From: Phyllobates terribilis
Taxonomy: Eukaryota
Assembly: GCF_046119375.1 (NCBI RefSeq)
Contig: NW_027362761.1
Location: 60,016,001 to 60,080,000 of the forward strand
Direction of reading: 5' to 3'
DNA length: 64,000 bases
Positions 1-10,449 of the stretch are shown in pieces (position 1 is the stretch's first letter; each line of letters opens with the position of its first letter). Made by a program: the position numbers and the translations under genes. The notes beneath the pieces were generated by a model that ran no database searches, was not told the DNA's origin, and worked only from the letters and a program-made list of their open reading frames with translations.

Positions 1-1387
1 TAAAAGGTCGGTTTTACTGGGTTGGAATGCGGAGCTCCATAGAGAGATGGTGCCGAGACTGTGGACCCTGTAGCCTCAGAAGGAAAGACTAAGGCAGCCA
101 AAAGGCACCCCTGCAACCCATCAAGACAACTCGGCCCTTAGAGATCGTGGCCTTGGATCATGTCAAGCTGTCACCCAGCAGGTCAGGATACTCCTATGCC
201 CTGACCATGGTGGATCACTACTCCCGGTTCCTGGTGGTCGCCCCGTCAAGGATCTGACGGCAGAAAATGCAGCGAAAACGTTTCAGGCATACTTCTGCAG
301 GCTCCATGGATACCCGGAGCAGGTGCTGACAGATCAAGGCTCAGCTTTTGAAGCCGAATTGTTCAAGGAGTTCTGCCATCTGTACGGATGTAAAAAGATC
401 CGGACTACACCGTACCACCCCCAAACCAACGGTCTCTGTGAAAAGATGAATAACATCGTCATCGACCTGCTGAAGACCTTACCACTAGAGGAGAGAAATC
501 AGTGGCCAGACCTCCTACCTGACCTGGTAGATCTGTACAACCACATACCTGAGAGTTCCACCAATTGTACTCCAGCATATCTCATGCGAGCAAGACCCAG
601 AAAGTTGCCCATGGACCTGGAGCTTGGTGTAGTAGAACCCGAAGCAGATATGTCCACTGAGGACTGGGACACGACCAGACAGGAGCAGTACAGAAGAGTA
701 CAGGCCTGTGTCGAAGACAGTCTGAATAGGGTAAGAGACAAGCAGGAAGCTCACTACAATAAAAGTGCTCCAGCAGAACCCTTCACACCAGAAGAAGTGG
801 TGTTAAAGAGAAAGAGAAGGAACCATAAACTTCATGACCAGTGGGAGAGAGAACCTTACACTGTGTTAAAGTCAAGATTCGATAGCAGGAAGACCTGTCT
901 AATTACCAAGGACGGAGGAAGAACAACTGTAATGGTATCAAGGGACCACCTGAAGTTGTGTCCACACCTGCTAAAGCCCCAAGAAGAAGAGCCTCTCATC
1001 ATACCGGAGGAGCCTAAAGAAGCAGTGATACACACTGAATTAGGAGATTTCCCGGCAGATTGACCCAAAATAGGAGGAGCGGTGATAATACCTGTAATCC
1101 CCTTTTTCCAGCAGCCAGAAGACCCTCTACAGCAAGAAGAACCTATAAGTGCTCCAGAAGAGCCTGCTCAAGAAGAATCCCCGGAACAAGGATCCCCGGT
1201 TGGAGCAGAGCAAGAAGGCCCAGCCAATGGTACACTTGCCAGTCCCATGGAGAGGTTAAGGCAGTATTACGACCTACCCACACATAAAATTGACAGGGTA
1301 ACAGACACAGAGACCATCCACACTCCCGTACTACGTAGATCCACACGTAGCATCAAAGGCCAGGCCCCTGTTAGGTTTAGCGAATAA
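1..1387 (+). pseudogene. Gypsy integrase C-terminal region, disrupted
   Basis: In-frame TAA near 90, a 1-bp frameshift near 240, and TGG>TGA at 1061-1063. ORFs 323-1063 and 1082-1387 are in the same frame. Ends LRRSTRSIKGQAPVRF, similar to LRRSTRATRGQLPARW in copy B. Confidence 0.9.
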
Positions 1388-1909
1388 GTAGAGATACCTA
1401 CAGTATAAATAGTTGCCCCTGGGGTATATTATAATTGTGAAATTGCCATGTATTTAATTATTGTTGTGTTTTGCCTTGCTTATGGACAATATAGGTGATA
1501 TGGACACTTTTCTATTGTATTTAGTCACCCGTAAGGGTATATATATCTATAAAAGACCCTGTGGCTGAGGACTGTGAGCAGCCCAAAAACTATTCATGTA
1601 CATAATTGCACTCCCTGGAGTGCCTTGTTACTGACCACTGAACAAAAACCCATTTGGCGTAGCGGAAGACGTGGTCCATCACCTGGATCACCTATGCCCT
1701 GCAGCCACGCCCAGGGCCTACGTGGAGGGTTTGCGGATGGGTCCCTCATGATACTTATCTACTTTTGATGAAAAGGACACCAGGTTAGGGGACTTGCTGT
1801 AGCCATATTGTTATTATTGTAAATATTAATGTAATTGTTATTATTGTTGTTTAACTTGTTTTTGCAAAAATGCTTCAGTCCAGGAGTACTGAGTGTTACT
1901 AGGGGGGAA

Positions 1910-2910
1910 TGTGGCGCCCTGCTGCGCATGGTGCCACAGAACCTAGAAGGGTGCATAGATGGATTTCTCCACAAGAGGCCCTCACTACATGCAAACACCT
2001 CCACCTTCCACCTCATACCAGCAGAGGGAGCCCTGATAGGGATATATAAAGGGAAGGTGGAGCCAGGCAGTTCAGTTCAGTCTTGAGAATAGTTTCAGTT
2101 TACAGTGTGCTCAGACAGAGTGAGAGCAGCACGTAGGCTGCTGTGTGAGGCAAGCTACGCCTCCAGCAGTACTGAAGCCTAGTGAGGGCCCCGAGCGTGG
2201 CCGAAGGCGAGAGGAAGAAAGGAGTCAAAAAGGGGGCAGAGGAGCATACCAGGCTCACCCCAGTATATCTACCGGACACCGGGTCCGAGTCTACAGGGAC
2301 CCTTTACGCCCAGTATGGTTATCCTAAATCCCAGGAGGACTACAAGTCCCTGGCAAACCTGAAGCTAGACACGTACAGGACCAGGAACCACGAAGGCTCT
2401 GATGTCCAGGGAAAGTGGTTACCAACCGGAGGTCCTACTTCAGAGCAACAGGTGGAGTAAAAAGCAAGACACATAAGCTAGGCACAGTTACAGGCTGGCC
2501 AGGAGCTTACACAGAGGCAGACACGGATCAGGAGGCCTTATACACGCTCCCTGGGGAGAAGTCCAAAAGTGCGCCCTTCACCTAGAGTACCCTGGACCGC
2601 ATCTACCAGCTGTACCAGTAAAGGTAACAAAGCAAAACCCCCTGTCTCTGTCCGTTACTCCGGCCGCGCTATTATATCTCTACCAGCACCACAACGCCCA
2701 GCGCACCCACCATCTATCTATCTACACTGCCCTGAGGCCCGCTCCACCTGTGGGGAGCTGTACCATCTTTAGCTGCCTTGTCACCTGCCTAAGAGGACTG
2801 CTGCAGCGCTGGTGACCTTCACCTGACACCACAGGTGGCGTCACGAATTTCTCTGAACTTTATTAGCAATCGCTACCCCTTTTGTGCACTGTCCGCCCTG
2901 GGCCAGCCAC

Positions 2911-2956
<46 letters not shown>

Positions 2957-4627
2957 TACAGACCAAAAGTTTGGACACACCTTCTCATTAAAGATTTTTC
3001 TGTATTTTCATGACTATGAAAATTGTACATTCACACTGAAGGCATCAAAACTATGAATTAACACATGTGGAATTATATACTTAACAAAAATGTGTGAAAC
3101 AACTGAAAATATGTCTTAAATTCTAGGTTCTTCAAAGAAGCCACCTTTTGCTTTGATGACTGCTTTGCACACTCTTGGCATTCTCTTGATGAGTTTCAAG
3201 AGGTAGTCACCGGAAATGATTTTCACTTCACAGGTGTGCCCTGTCAGGTTTAATAAGTGGGATTCCTTGCCTTATAAATGGGGTTGGGACCATCAGTTGT
3301 GTTGTGCAGAAGTCTGGTGGATACACAGCTGCTAGTCCAACTGAAAAGACTGTTAGAATTTGTATTATGGCAAGAAAAAAGCAGCTAAGTAAAGAAAAAC
3401 GAGTGGCCATCATTACTTTAAGAAATTAAGGTCAGTCAGTGCGAAAAATTGGGAAAACTTTGAAAGTGTCTCCAAGTGCAGTTGCAAAAACCATCAAGCC
3501 CTACAAAGAAACTGTCTCACATGAGGACCGCCCCAGGAAAGGAAGACCAAGAGTCACCTCTGCTTCTGAGGATAAGTTTATCCGAGTCACCAGCCTCAGA
3601 AATCGCAGGTTAACAGCAGCTCAGATTAGAGACCAGGTCAATGCCACACAGAGTTCTAGCAGCAGACAAATCTCTATAACAACTGTTAAGAGGAGACTTT
3701 GTGTAGCAGGCCTTCATGGTAAAATAGCTGCTAGGAAACCAGGACAGGCAACAAGCAGAAGAGACTTGTTTGGGCTAAAGAACACAAGAATGGACATTAG
3801 ACCAGTGGAAATCTGTGCTTTGGTCTGATGAGTGCAAATTGAGATCTTTGGTTCCAAGCACCATGTCTTTGTGCGACGCAGAAATGGTGAACGGATGGAC
3901 TCTACATGCCTGGTTCCCACCGTGAAGCATGGAGGAGGAGGTGTGATGGTGTGGGGGGCTTTGCTGGTGAAACTGTTGGGGATCTATTCAAAATTGAAGG
4001 CTTACTGAACCAGCATGGCTACCACAGCATCTTGCAGCGGCATGCTATTCCATCCGGTTTGCGTTTAGTTGGACCATCATTTATTTTTCAACAGGACAAT
4101 GACCCCAAACACACATCCAGGCTGTGTAAGGGCTATTTGACCAAGAAGGAGAGTGATGGGGTGCTACGCCAGATGACCTGGCCTCCACAGTCACCAGACC
4201 TGAACCCAATCGAGATGGTTTGGGGTGAGCTGGATCGCAGAGTGAAGGCAAAAGGGCCAACAAGTGCTAAGCATCTCTGGGAACTCCTTCAAGATTGTTG
4301 GAAGACCATTTCCGGTGACTACCTCTTGAAGCTCATCAAGAGAATGCCAGGAGTGTGCGAAGCAGTCATCGAAGCAAAAGGTGGCTACTTTGAAGAACCT
4401 AGAATATAAGACATATTTTCAGTTGTTTCACACTTTTTTGTTAAGTATATAATTCCCCAATGTGTTAGTTCATACTTTTGATGCCTTCAGTGTGAATGTA
4501 CAATTTTCATAGTCATGAAAATACAGAAAAATCTTTAAATGAGAAGGTGTGTCCAAACTTTTGGTCTGTACTGTATATATATATATATATACTGTCCCCA
4601 AACAGTGAGGCCCCCGGGGGCGCAACA
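1910..4627 (+). repeat. 3' LTR of family 1 (about 1044 bp once the Tc1 and TA runs are removed)
   Basis: Starts TGTGGCGCCC after the PPT and ends GGGCGCAACA (inverted match with 1 mismatch). TATATAAA at 2043-2050 and AGTAAA at 2617-2622 occupy positions equivalent to those in LTR A. Confidence 0.75.
2954..4573 (+). mobile_element. Tc1-like DNA transposon (CAGTACAGACC family), defective transposase
   Basis: TIRs of about 270 bp, CAGTACAGACCAAAAGTTTGGACAC...GTGTCCAAACTTTTGGTCTGTACTG. Transposase from ATG 3367 has stops and frameshifts; motifs FQQDNDPKH and SPDLNPIE are present. Flanked by (TA)19 and (TA)9. Confidence 0.95.
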
Positions 4628-6586
4628 CAACAAATTGATTCCCTGCAAATCTCAATCCTGCAAAGCCTCTAATTTCCCAGAAAAGATGTGTGCATCACTC
4701 TGAGGTCTCCTAAGAGTATACTGAATAACCTTTGAGCACTTTAATGAAAAACATGGCCTTAGTAATGTGCAAGTAAACTCAATATATCTGCCTAAGGATA
4801 AGTTGTTGGTAACCGGAAATAACCAACAGCCTGTTTAATAACATACAGCACAGACAGATTTTTCATGCTGTTTAAAATCAAACTGTCCAAAAATTATCCC
4901 TCTTACTCTTTTGGGGTCAAGCACACTATTCTGTCATTACTTTATGTCCATGAGAACTAATTAAATTTCCTGCATGGGGACCAATTCACCTACCTAGGCC
5001 TGTGGTCTGCACCAAACCTATTTTGCCATGCATTTTATAGATGATACAAACATGGTCTTGCACTTGAAGACTGCCATCCATTTTTGTGGCAACAACACTG
5101 TGTTTGCGTGTCTTATTATCGTTGGATGGCACATTCCATGGGTAACATGGTGTGTACACCATGGGAAAGAGGAAATCAGGTTTCAATCTTTTGAGTGATC
5201 ACTCTCTTTATCCATGTGACTTAGTGCTAACCATTGACACTGCTGCTTAATGAATCTGTATTGGAGAATTTTGATATTGTAGCTGATGAAATGGCAATAG
5301 ATATTCCATCACCAGAAGAATTAGTCACTACTAATGTAAATTAAATTCTGCTGAGCCTGAAATACTTGGCGAAGTGATACCTTCTCAAAATAACAGTTTA
5401 ATATCACTTTGACACCTATTGAAGATGTATCCAAAAGAATTGAACAAGATCCATCTGTCTCCTAAGCTACCTGATAATTGTTTCATAGTGTATACAGGGA
5501 GTATAAGTAAAGAAACACTACCAAAGCCTTTTATGTGGCAAGCCCTGTGCAGAAGCCCAATGTAACACAGATTTCTACCAGGGAACTACACCCACACCCA
5601 CCTCCCCAGAACAAAATAATTATTTCATCAAAAATTGAGAATTTGTTCCAGGAAATTTAATTAACGGAATATAAAGAATTTGTTTTGCTAAGTTAGTACA
5701 TTTTTTCCTTTTGTGCCTTGCATAGGGGCCCAATCCTGCACAGGGACATACTGGGAGCATTCATCAGTTAGTGCTCCCCCTTAAAAATATTTAAATTTAG
5801 CTAAAAACAGGATAGAAGCTAAGACCAATAGAAAATTGGGAGTCATCAAGCCCCAACAACATTTTTTTAATAATACATTTTGCTCAATGTGCAGGGGCTC
5901 AATCCTTTGCAGAGAACCCCAATCTGTTTCCCAATCATTAGCAGCATTGTCCATGACTCAACTCACAGTTGTCTCAGTGTGGAAAATGCCCTGAGCTCCC
6001 TGCCCTAATATTGTTTTCCACCTCTAGATTTGCCCTTACTCAGAGAGCCAATACCATCGCCAATTGCCCTATCACCAAGGCTTGCAGAAGCAGCAATAAA
6101 AAAAAGTTATATTTGTGAAATATGTTCCTTAGCCCCCAGATGTGCGCTGCTGTTGGTTAGGAGACTTAGAGACTAAACAGATAGATGTGTAATTGTTGCA
6201 ATTAAATGTCTGCTATGAAAAAGATTAGGTATTTTGGCGGACGAAGAGGTGGACTGTGCATAACACTAACTCAAACTGATGGTGCCACTATCGTAGGTAA
6301 CGTCTTCCTGCTGTGACCGAAATGAGTGAAGTGCTGTACATTTTATTACACTTTTTGCTTTCACCACACTAATAACTTTGCCAAAGGCAAAAGAGGGCAA
6401 TTGTAACCTGCCTTAGGTACTACTACTGCCAGGACAGCTGGTGCCAGCAGAGCGAGCAGTGCTCCTGCTCGCAGCTCCCACATTATTTTTCTGTCACACT
6501 GCTATGTCCATTGCCAGTGTCAATTTTCATTTACCATACGTTTTGGACACAATTTTAAATTTAGCAAAAAAAAGTAGCAATACTTA

Positions 6587-8236
6587 CAGTTATATGAAAA
6601 AGTTTGGGCACCCCTATTAATCTTAAGCTTAATGTTTTCTTAAAATTGGTGTTTTTGCAACAGCTATTTCAGTTTGATATATGTAATAACTGTTGGACAC
6701 AGTAATGTTTCTGCCTTGAAATGAGGTTTATTGTACTAACAGAAAATGTGCAATCTGCATTCAAACAAAATTTGACAGGTGCATAAGTATGGGCACCCTT
6801 ATCATTTTCTTGTTTTAAATACTCCTACCTACTTTTTACTGACTTACTAAAGCACTTTTTTTGGTTTTGTAACCTCATTGAGCTTTGAACTTCATAGCCA
6901 GGTGTATGCAATCATGAGAAAAGCTACTTAAAGTGGCCACTTGCAAGTTGTTCTCCTGTTTGAATCTCCTCTGAAGAGTGGCATCATGGGCTCCTCAAAA
7001 CAACTGTCAAATGATCTGAAAACAAAGATTATTCAACATAGTTGTTCAGGGGAAGGATACAAAAAGCTTGCTCAGAGATTTAACCTGTCAGTTTCCACTG
7101 TGAAAAACATAGTAAGGAAATGGAAGAACACAGGGACAGCTCTTGTTAAGGCCAGAAGTGGCAGGCCAAGAAAAACATCAGAAAGGCAGAGAAGAAGAAT
7201 GGTGAGATCAGTCAAGGACAATCCTCAGACCATCTCCAGAGAGCTGCAGCATCAACTTGCTGCAGATGGTGTCACTGTGCATCGGTCAACTATTCAACGC
7301 ACTTTGCACAAGGAGAAGCTGTATGGGAGAGTGATGCGAAAGAAGCCGTTTCTGCAAGCACGCCACAAACAGAGTCGGCTGAGGTATGCAAAAGCACATT
7401 TGGAGAAGCCAATTTCTTTTTGGAAGAAGGTCCTGTGGACTGATGAAACGAAGATTGAGTTGTTTGGTCATACAAAAAGGTGTTATGCATGGTGGCAAAA
7501 AAACACAGCATTCCAAGAAAAACACTTGATACCCACAGTAAAATTTGGTGGAGGTTCCCTCATGCTTTGGGGCTCTGTGGCCAATGCTGGCACCGGGAAT
7601 CTTGTTAAAGTTGAGGGACGCATGGATTCCACTCAGTATCAGCAGATTCTTGACAATAATGTTCAAGAATCAGTGATAAAGTTGAAGTTACGCAGGGGAT
7701 GGATCTTTCAGCAAGACAATGATCCAAAACACCGCTCCAAATCTACTCAGGCATTCATGCAGAGGAACAATTACAATGTTCTGGAATGGCCATCCCAGTC
7801 CCCAGACCTGAATATCATTGAACATCTGTGGGATCATTTGAAGAGGGTTGTCCATGCTCGGCGACCATCAAACTTAACTGAACTGGAATTGTTTTGTAAA
7901 GAGGAATGGTCAAAAATACCTTCATCCAGGATCCAGGAACTCATTAAAAGCTACAGGAAGCGACTAGAGGCTGTTATTTTTGCAAAAGGAGGATCTACTA
8001 AATATTAATGTCACTTTTCTGGTGAGGTGCCCATACTTATGCACCTGTCAAATTTTGTTTGAATGCAGATTGCACATTTTCTATTAGTACAATAAACCTC
8101 ATTTCAAGGCAGAAACATTACTGTGTCCAACAGTTATTACATATATCAAACTGAAATAGCTGTTGCAAAAACACCAATTTTTATAAAACATTAAGCTTAA
8201 GATTAATAGGGGTGCCCAAACTTTTTCATATAACTG
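6587..8236 (+). mobile_element. Full-length Tc1 (IR/DR type) transposon, 1650 bp
   Basis: TA|CAGTTATATGAAAAAGTTTGGGCACCC...GGGTGCCCAAACTTTTTCATATAACTG|TA. TIRs of about 210 bp are near-identical and carry inner and outer TGGGCACC direct repeats. Confidence 0.97.
6986..8008 (+). CDS. Intact Tc1 DD34E transposase (340 aa)
   Basis: Starts MGSSKQLSNDLK. Contains the GRPR motif, WTDETK, FQQDNDPKH and SPDLNIIE with 34 residues between the second D and E. No stops. The ORF track's TTG start at 6941 is upstream of the real ATG. Confidence 0.93.
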   Translation: MGSSKQLSNDLKTKIIQHSCSGEGYKKLAQRFNLSVSTVKNIVRKWKNTGTALVKARSGRPRKTSERQRRRMVRSVKDNPQTISRELQHQLAADGVTVHRSTIQRTLHKEKLYGRVMRKKPFLQARHKQSRLRYAKAHLEKPISFWKKVLWTDETKIELFGHTKRCYAWWQKNTAFQEKHLIPTVKFGGGSLMLWGSVANAGTGNLVKVEGRMDSTQYQQILDNNVQESVIKLKLRRGWIFQQDNDPKHRSKSTQAFMQRNNYNVLEWPSQSPDLNIIEHLWDHLKRVVHARRPSNLTELELFCKEEWSKIPSSRIQELIKSYRKRLEAVIFAKGGSTKY

Positions 8237-8937
8237 TATCTAACCCTGTAAAAAAATGGCAGGTAAGAAGGGTATACTTGACTGCTAAAAAGGCTAATGC
8301 GACAACAGGATATCTGTACTACCCATCTACCATCATAGTATGCTATCTTGGTGGCTACACACACAGAAAGGAACATGCGGCACCAGCCATCAGTAATATA
8401 GTGGGGTGTACGGTTTCAAAGCTGGACTAGTAAAACAGGTATAGAAAACGTAAAATGTGTTCTTTAGTTGTAAAAATTAAAAAAAAAAAAAGTAAATAAC
8501 ATCCCAAAAAGGATGTGACAAGAAAAGCTGGTTAGCTACACGTCCAAGTAGCCAGGACCTGGAACAGATCCCGGTATTTGTATGCCGTATATGGGTGTAA
8601 TATTGGAATATTACAAAAAGTAGGGAGATAATTCATATTAAAAAAAAAAAAGATGTTTACATTGTGAGGTAGTATTTCAATTTTTACAATTTTAAGATTT
8701 TTCTTTTATCTTTTTTTTTTTACAAAACGAAAATGCAAAAGAAATGCAAAACAAAATATGTGTTGATATACTCACCTATTGCTGCCTTCTCCGGTATCCA
8801 GCGCTTTTCTGTTCCTTTTCTCAGTCATGCCACCGCTCTGCACTACAGGTCAGACTGGGCTCTGCATGACCCAGAAGTGACTGTTACAATTTAATCCTAT
8901 GGAGTGTCAGAATGAAAATTCCTAGGCTTACATTGTA

Positions 8938-9334
8938 AAAGACATTTCCTGCTCAAGCATAGAACCTAGAATGAGATGGATAAGAATGCTTGGTTATCAT
9001 TCAAAGATTTTCTATGGGCTTTTTTGGAAATACATGAGAAAACAATTACATGGAAATTGTCCAGAAACTCTTGGAGAGCTACAAAATGCTTGGTTGTAAC
9101 ATGAGCATTAAGTTTCATTTTTTGCATAACCATCTTGCTAACTTCCCTGAAAACCTAGGTGCGGTCAGTGATGAGCAAGGTGAATGATTCCACCAAGATT
9201 TGTAGGTCATGGAGGGACGGTATCAGGGTGGATGGGATCTACATATGATGGCTGATTATTGTTGGAGCAACAGGCAAGATTGTCTACAGATTGAACAATC
9301 AAGGAGAAGTAATAAGTGTACATTTTTATCTTAA
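8938..9334 (+). pseudogene. C-terminal relic of a DNA transposase, probably Chapaev3-type
   Basis: Manual translation: GCNMSIKFHFLHNHLANFPENLGAVSDEQGE*FHQDL*VMEGRYQGGWDLHMMADYCWS. I recall the SDExGERFHQD...ADYCW motif as Chapaev3-like; not verified by search. Confidence 0.65.
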
Positions 9335-9372
9335 TTTCCACCTAACTTTACTACATGCTCACAATTTGACTT

Positions 9373-10106
9373 AGGCTGCGTGCCCACTATGCGTTTTTCA
9401 AGAGTTTTTGCCGCGGAATTTCCGCAGCGAAAACACTTAAAAAACGCTTGGTACTACGTGCGCATGGTCCCCAATGATAATCTGCATGTGCTGTGCACTT
9501 GCTGCAGAAATTTCCGCTGCAGATTATCATTGTAGAAAAATCCGCAACATGTCCATTAATTTTGCAGACACGCAGCGAAATTGCCGCCATTGACTTGCAT
9601 TGAATCGCTTAATATCCGCATCACTACATGTGCACATGTGGATATTAAGCGATTCAATGTGCAGATGTTACCCGGTCTGGAGAAGAGGAGACTCTCCTCC
9701 AGACCCGGGTACCATAGTACCTGTTGAAAAAATAATTTAAAATAAAAAAATATACATTATACTCACCTTCTGATGTCCCCCGGTCTTTTCTCCACTGCGT
9801 CTGGTCTCTTGTACGGCTCGCGGTGGTGTGAAAGGACCATCCATGACATCATTTAGGTTTATTCTTTTTTTCAACTATTAACTTGGTTACACTATATAAA
9901 TCCATGCCGGTTGCATGTGAAGAACGCTTCACATTCGCCTGTCCCTGGCAGGAAAAACGCATGTACAATCCGCATGTACAATCCACATGTACAATCCGCA
10001 TGTACAATCCGCATGTACAATCCGCATGTACAATCTGCATGCATTTTTCCTGCCAGGGAGAGGCGGAAAAAATATGCAGCATTTCTGCATCGTGGGCACT
10101 GAGCCT
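9373..10106. mobile_element. Non-autonomous MITE (AGG...CCT termini, T2/Kolobok-like)
   Basis: TIRs AGGCTGCGTGCCCAC / GTGGGCACTGAGCCT with internal palindromes. A second copy of the same family starts at 56727. Confidence 0.75.
9958..10038 (+). repeat. 13-bp tandem repeat CGCATGTACAATC, about 6 copies
   Basis: Read directly; lies inside the MITE at 9373-10106. Confidence 0.9.
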
Positions 10107-10449
10107 TACAGTAACAATATATCCTTTGTATGAGCAAAATAGCTTTAACTAAACATTACATTCAGTTTATTATTTGCATTATTTTCCATTGTTTGTACAT
10201 TTTGCATGGTTTTGGAGACAAAGGGAGGGTATCCTGTAGCTTTAAAAGTTATGATAGAGAAAAACTGGGGTCACTTTTGGATTCAGAAGCCAAAGGTTAG
10301 TCAAAAACAAGTGTCAGATCTAACTCAACAAAAATTGTGTTCCCCAATGTAATCTGAAGGGGGAATATGGATCCTGGAGAAGGTGGTGATAGGAGAGTAC
10401 TGTATGTTAACTCACACACTGCATTACATACACATACTGTATATGTAAA

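Larger units (their letters stand above)
1..4627 (+). mobile_element. 3' part of a defective Ty3/Gypsy LTR retrotransposon (family 1): integrase, 3'UTR, PPT and 3' LTR; the 5' part lies upstream of the window
   Basis: The integrase translation (TDQG..F, TTPYHPQTNGLCEK, DLYNHIP) is homologous to pol of copies A and B. PPT AGGGGGGAA at 1901-1909 is followed by TGTGGCGCCC. Confidence 0.93.

Noticed and set aside
2836-2843. GGCGTCA at 2843 as the end of the family-1 LTR
   Set aside because: The sequence continues across the Tc1 to GGGCGCAACA (4627), which matches the LTR start as an inverted repeat. The motif at 2836 is better read as the mini-PBS.
6270-6330. CTGATGG...GAAA as a second hammerhead
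   Set aside because: The core does not fit CUGANGA, and the stems and cleavage triplet cannot be formed.
8250-8620. Possible piggyBac transposase C-terminal relic
   Set aside because: No convincing motif in any frame by manual translation.
9958-10038. Short regular repeats here and at 49165-49880 or 57925-58330 as CRISPR-like arrays
   Set aside because: They are head-to-tail tandem repeats with no unique spacers, no cas genes and a eukaryotic context.
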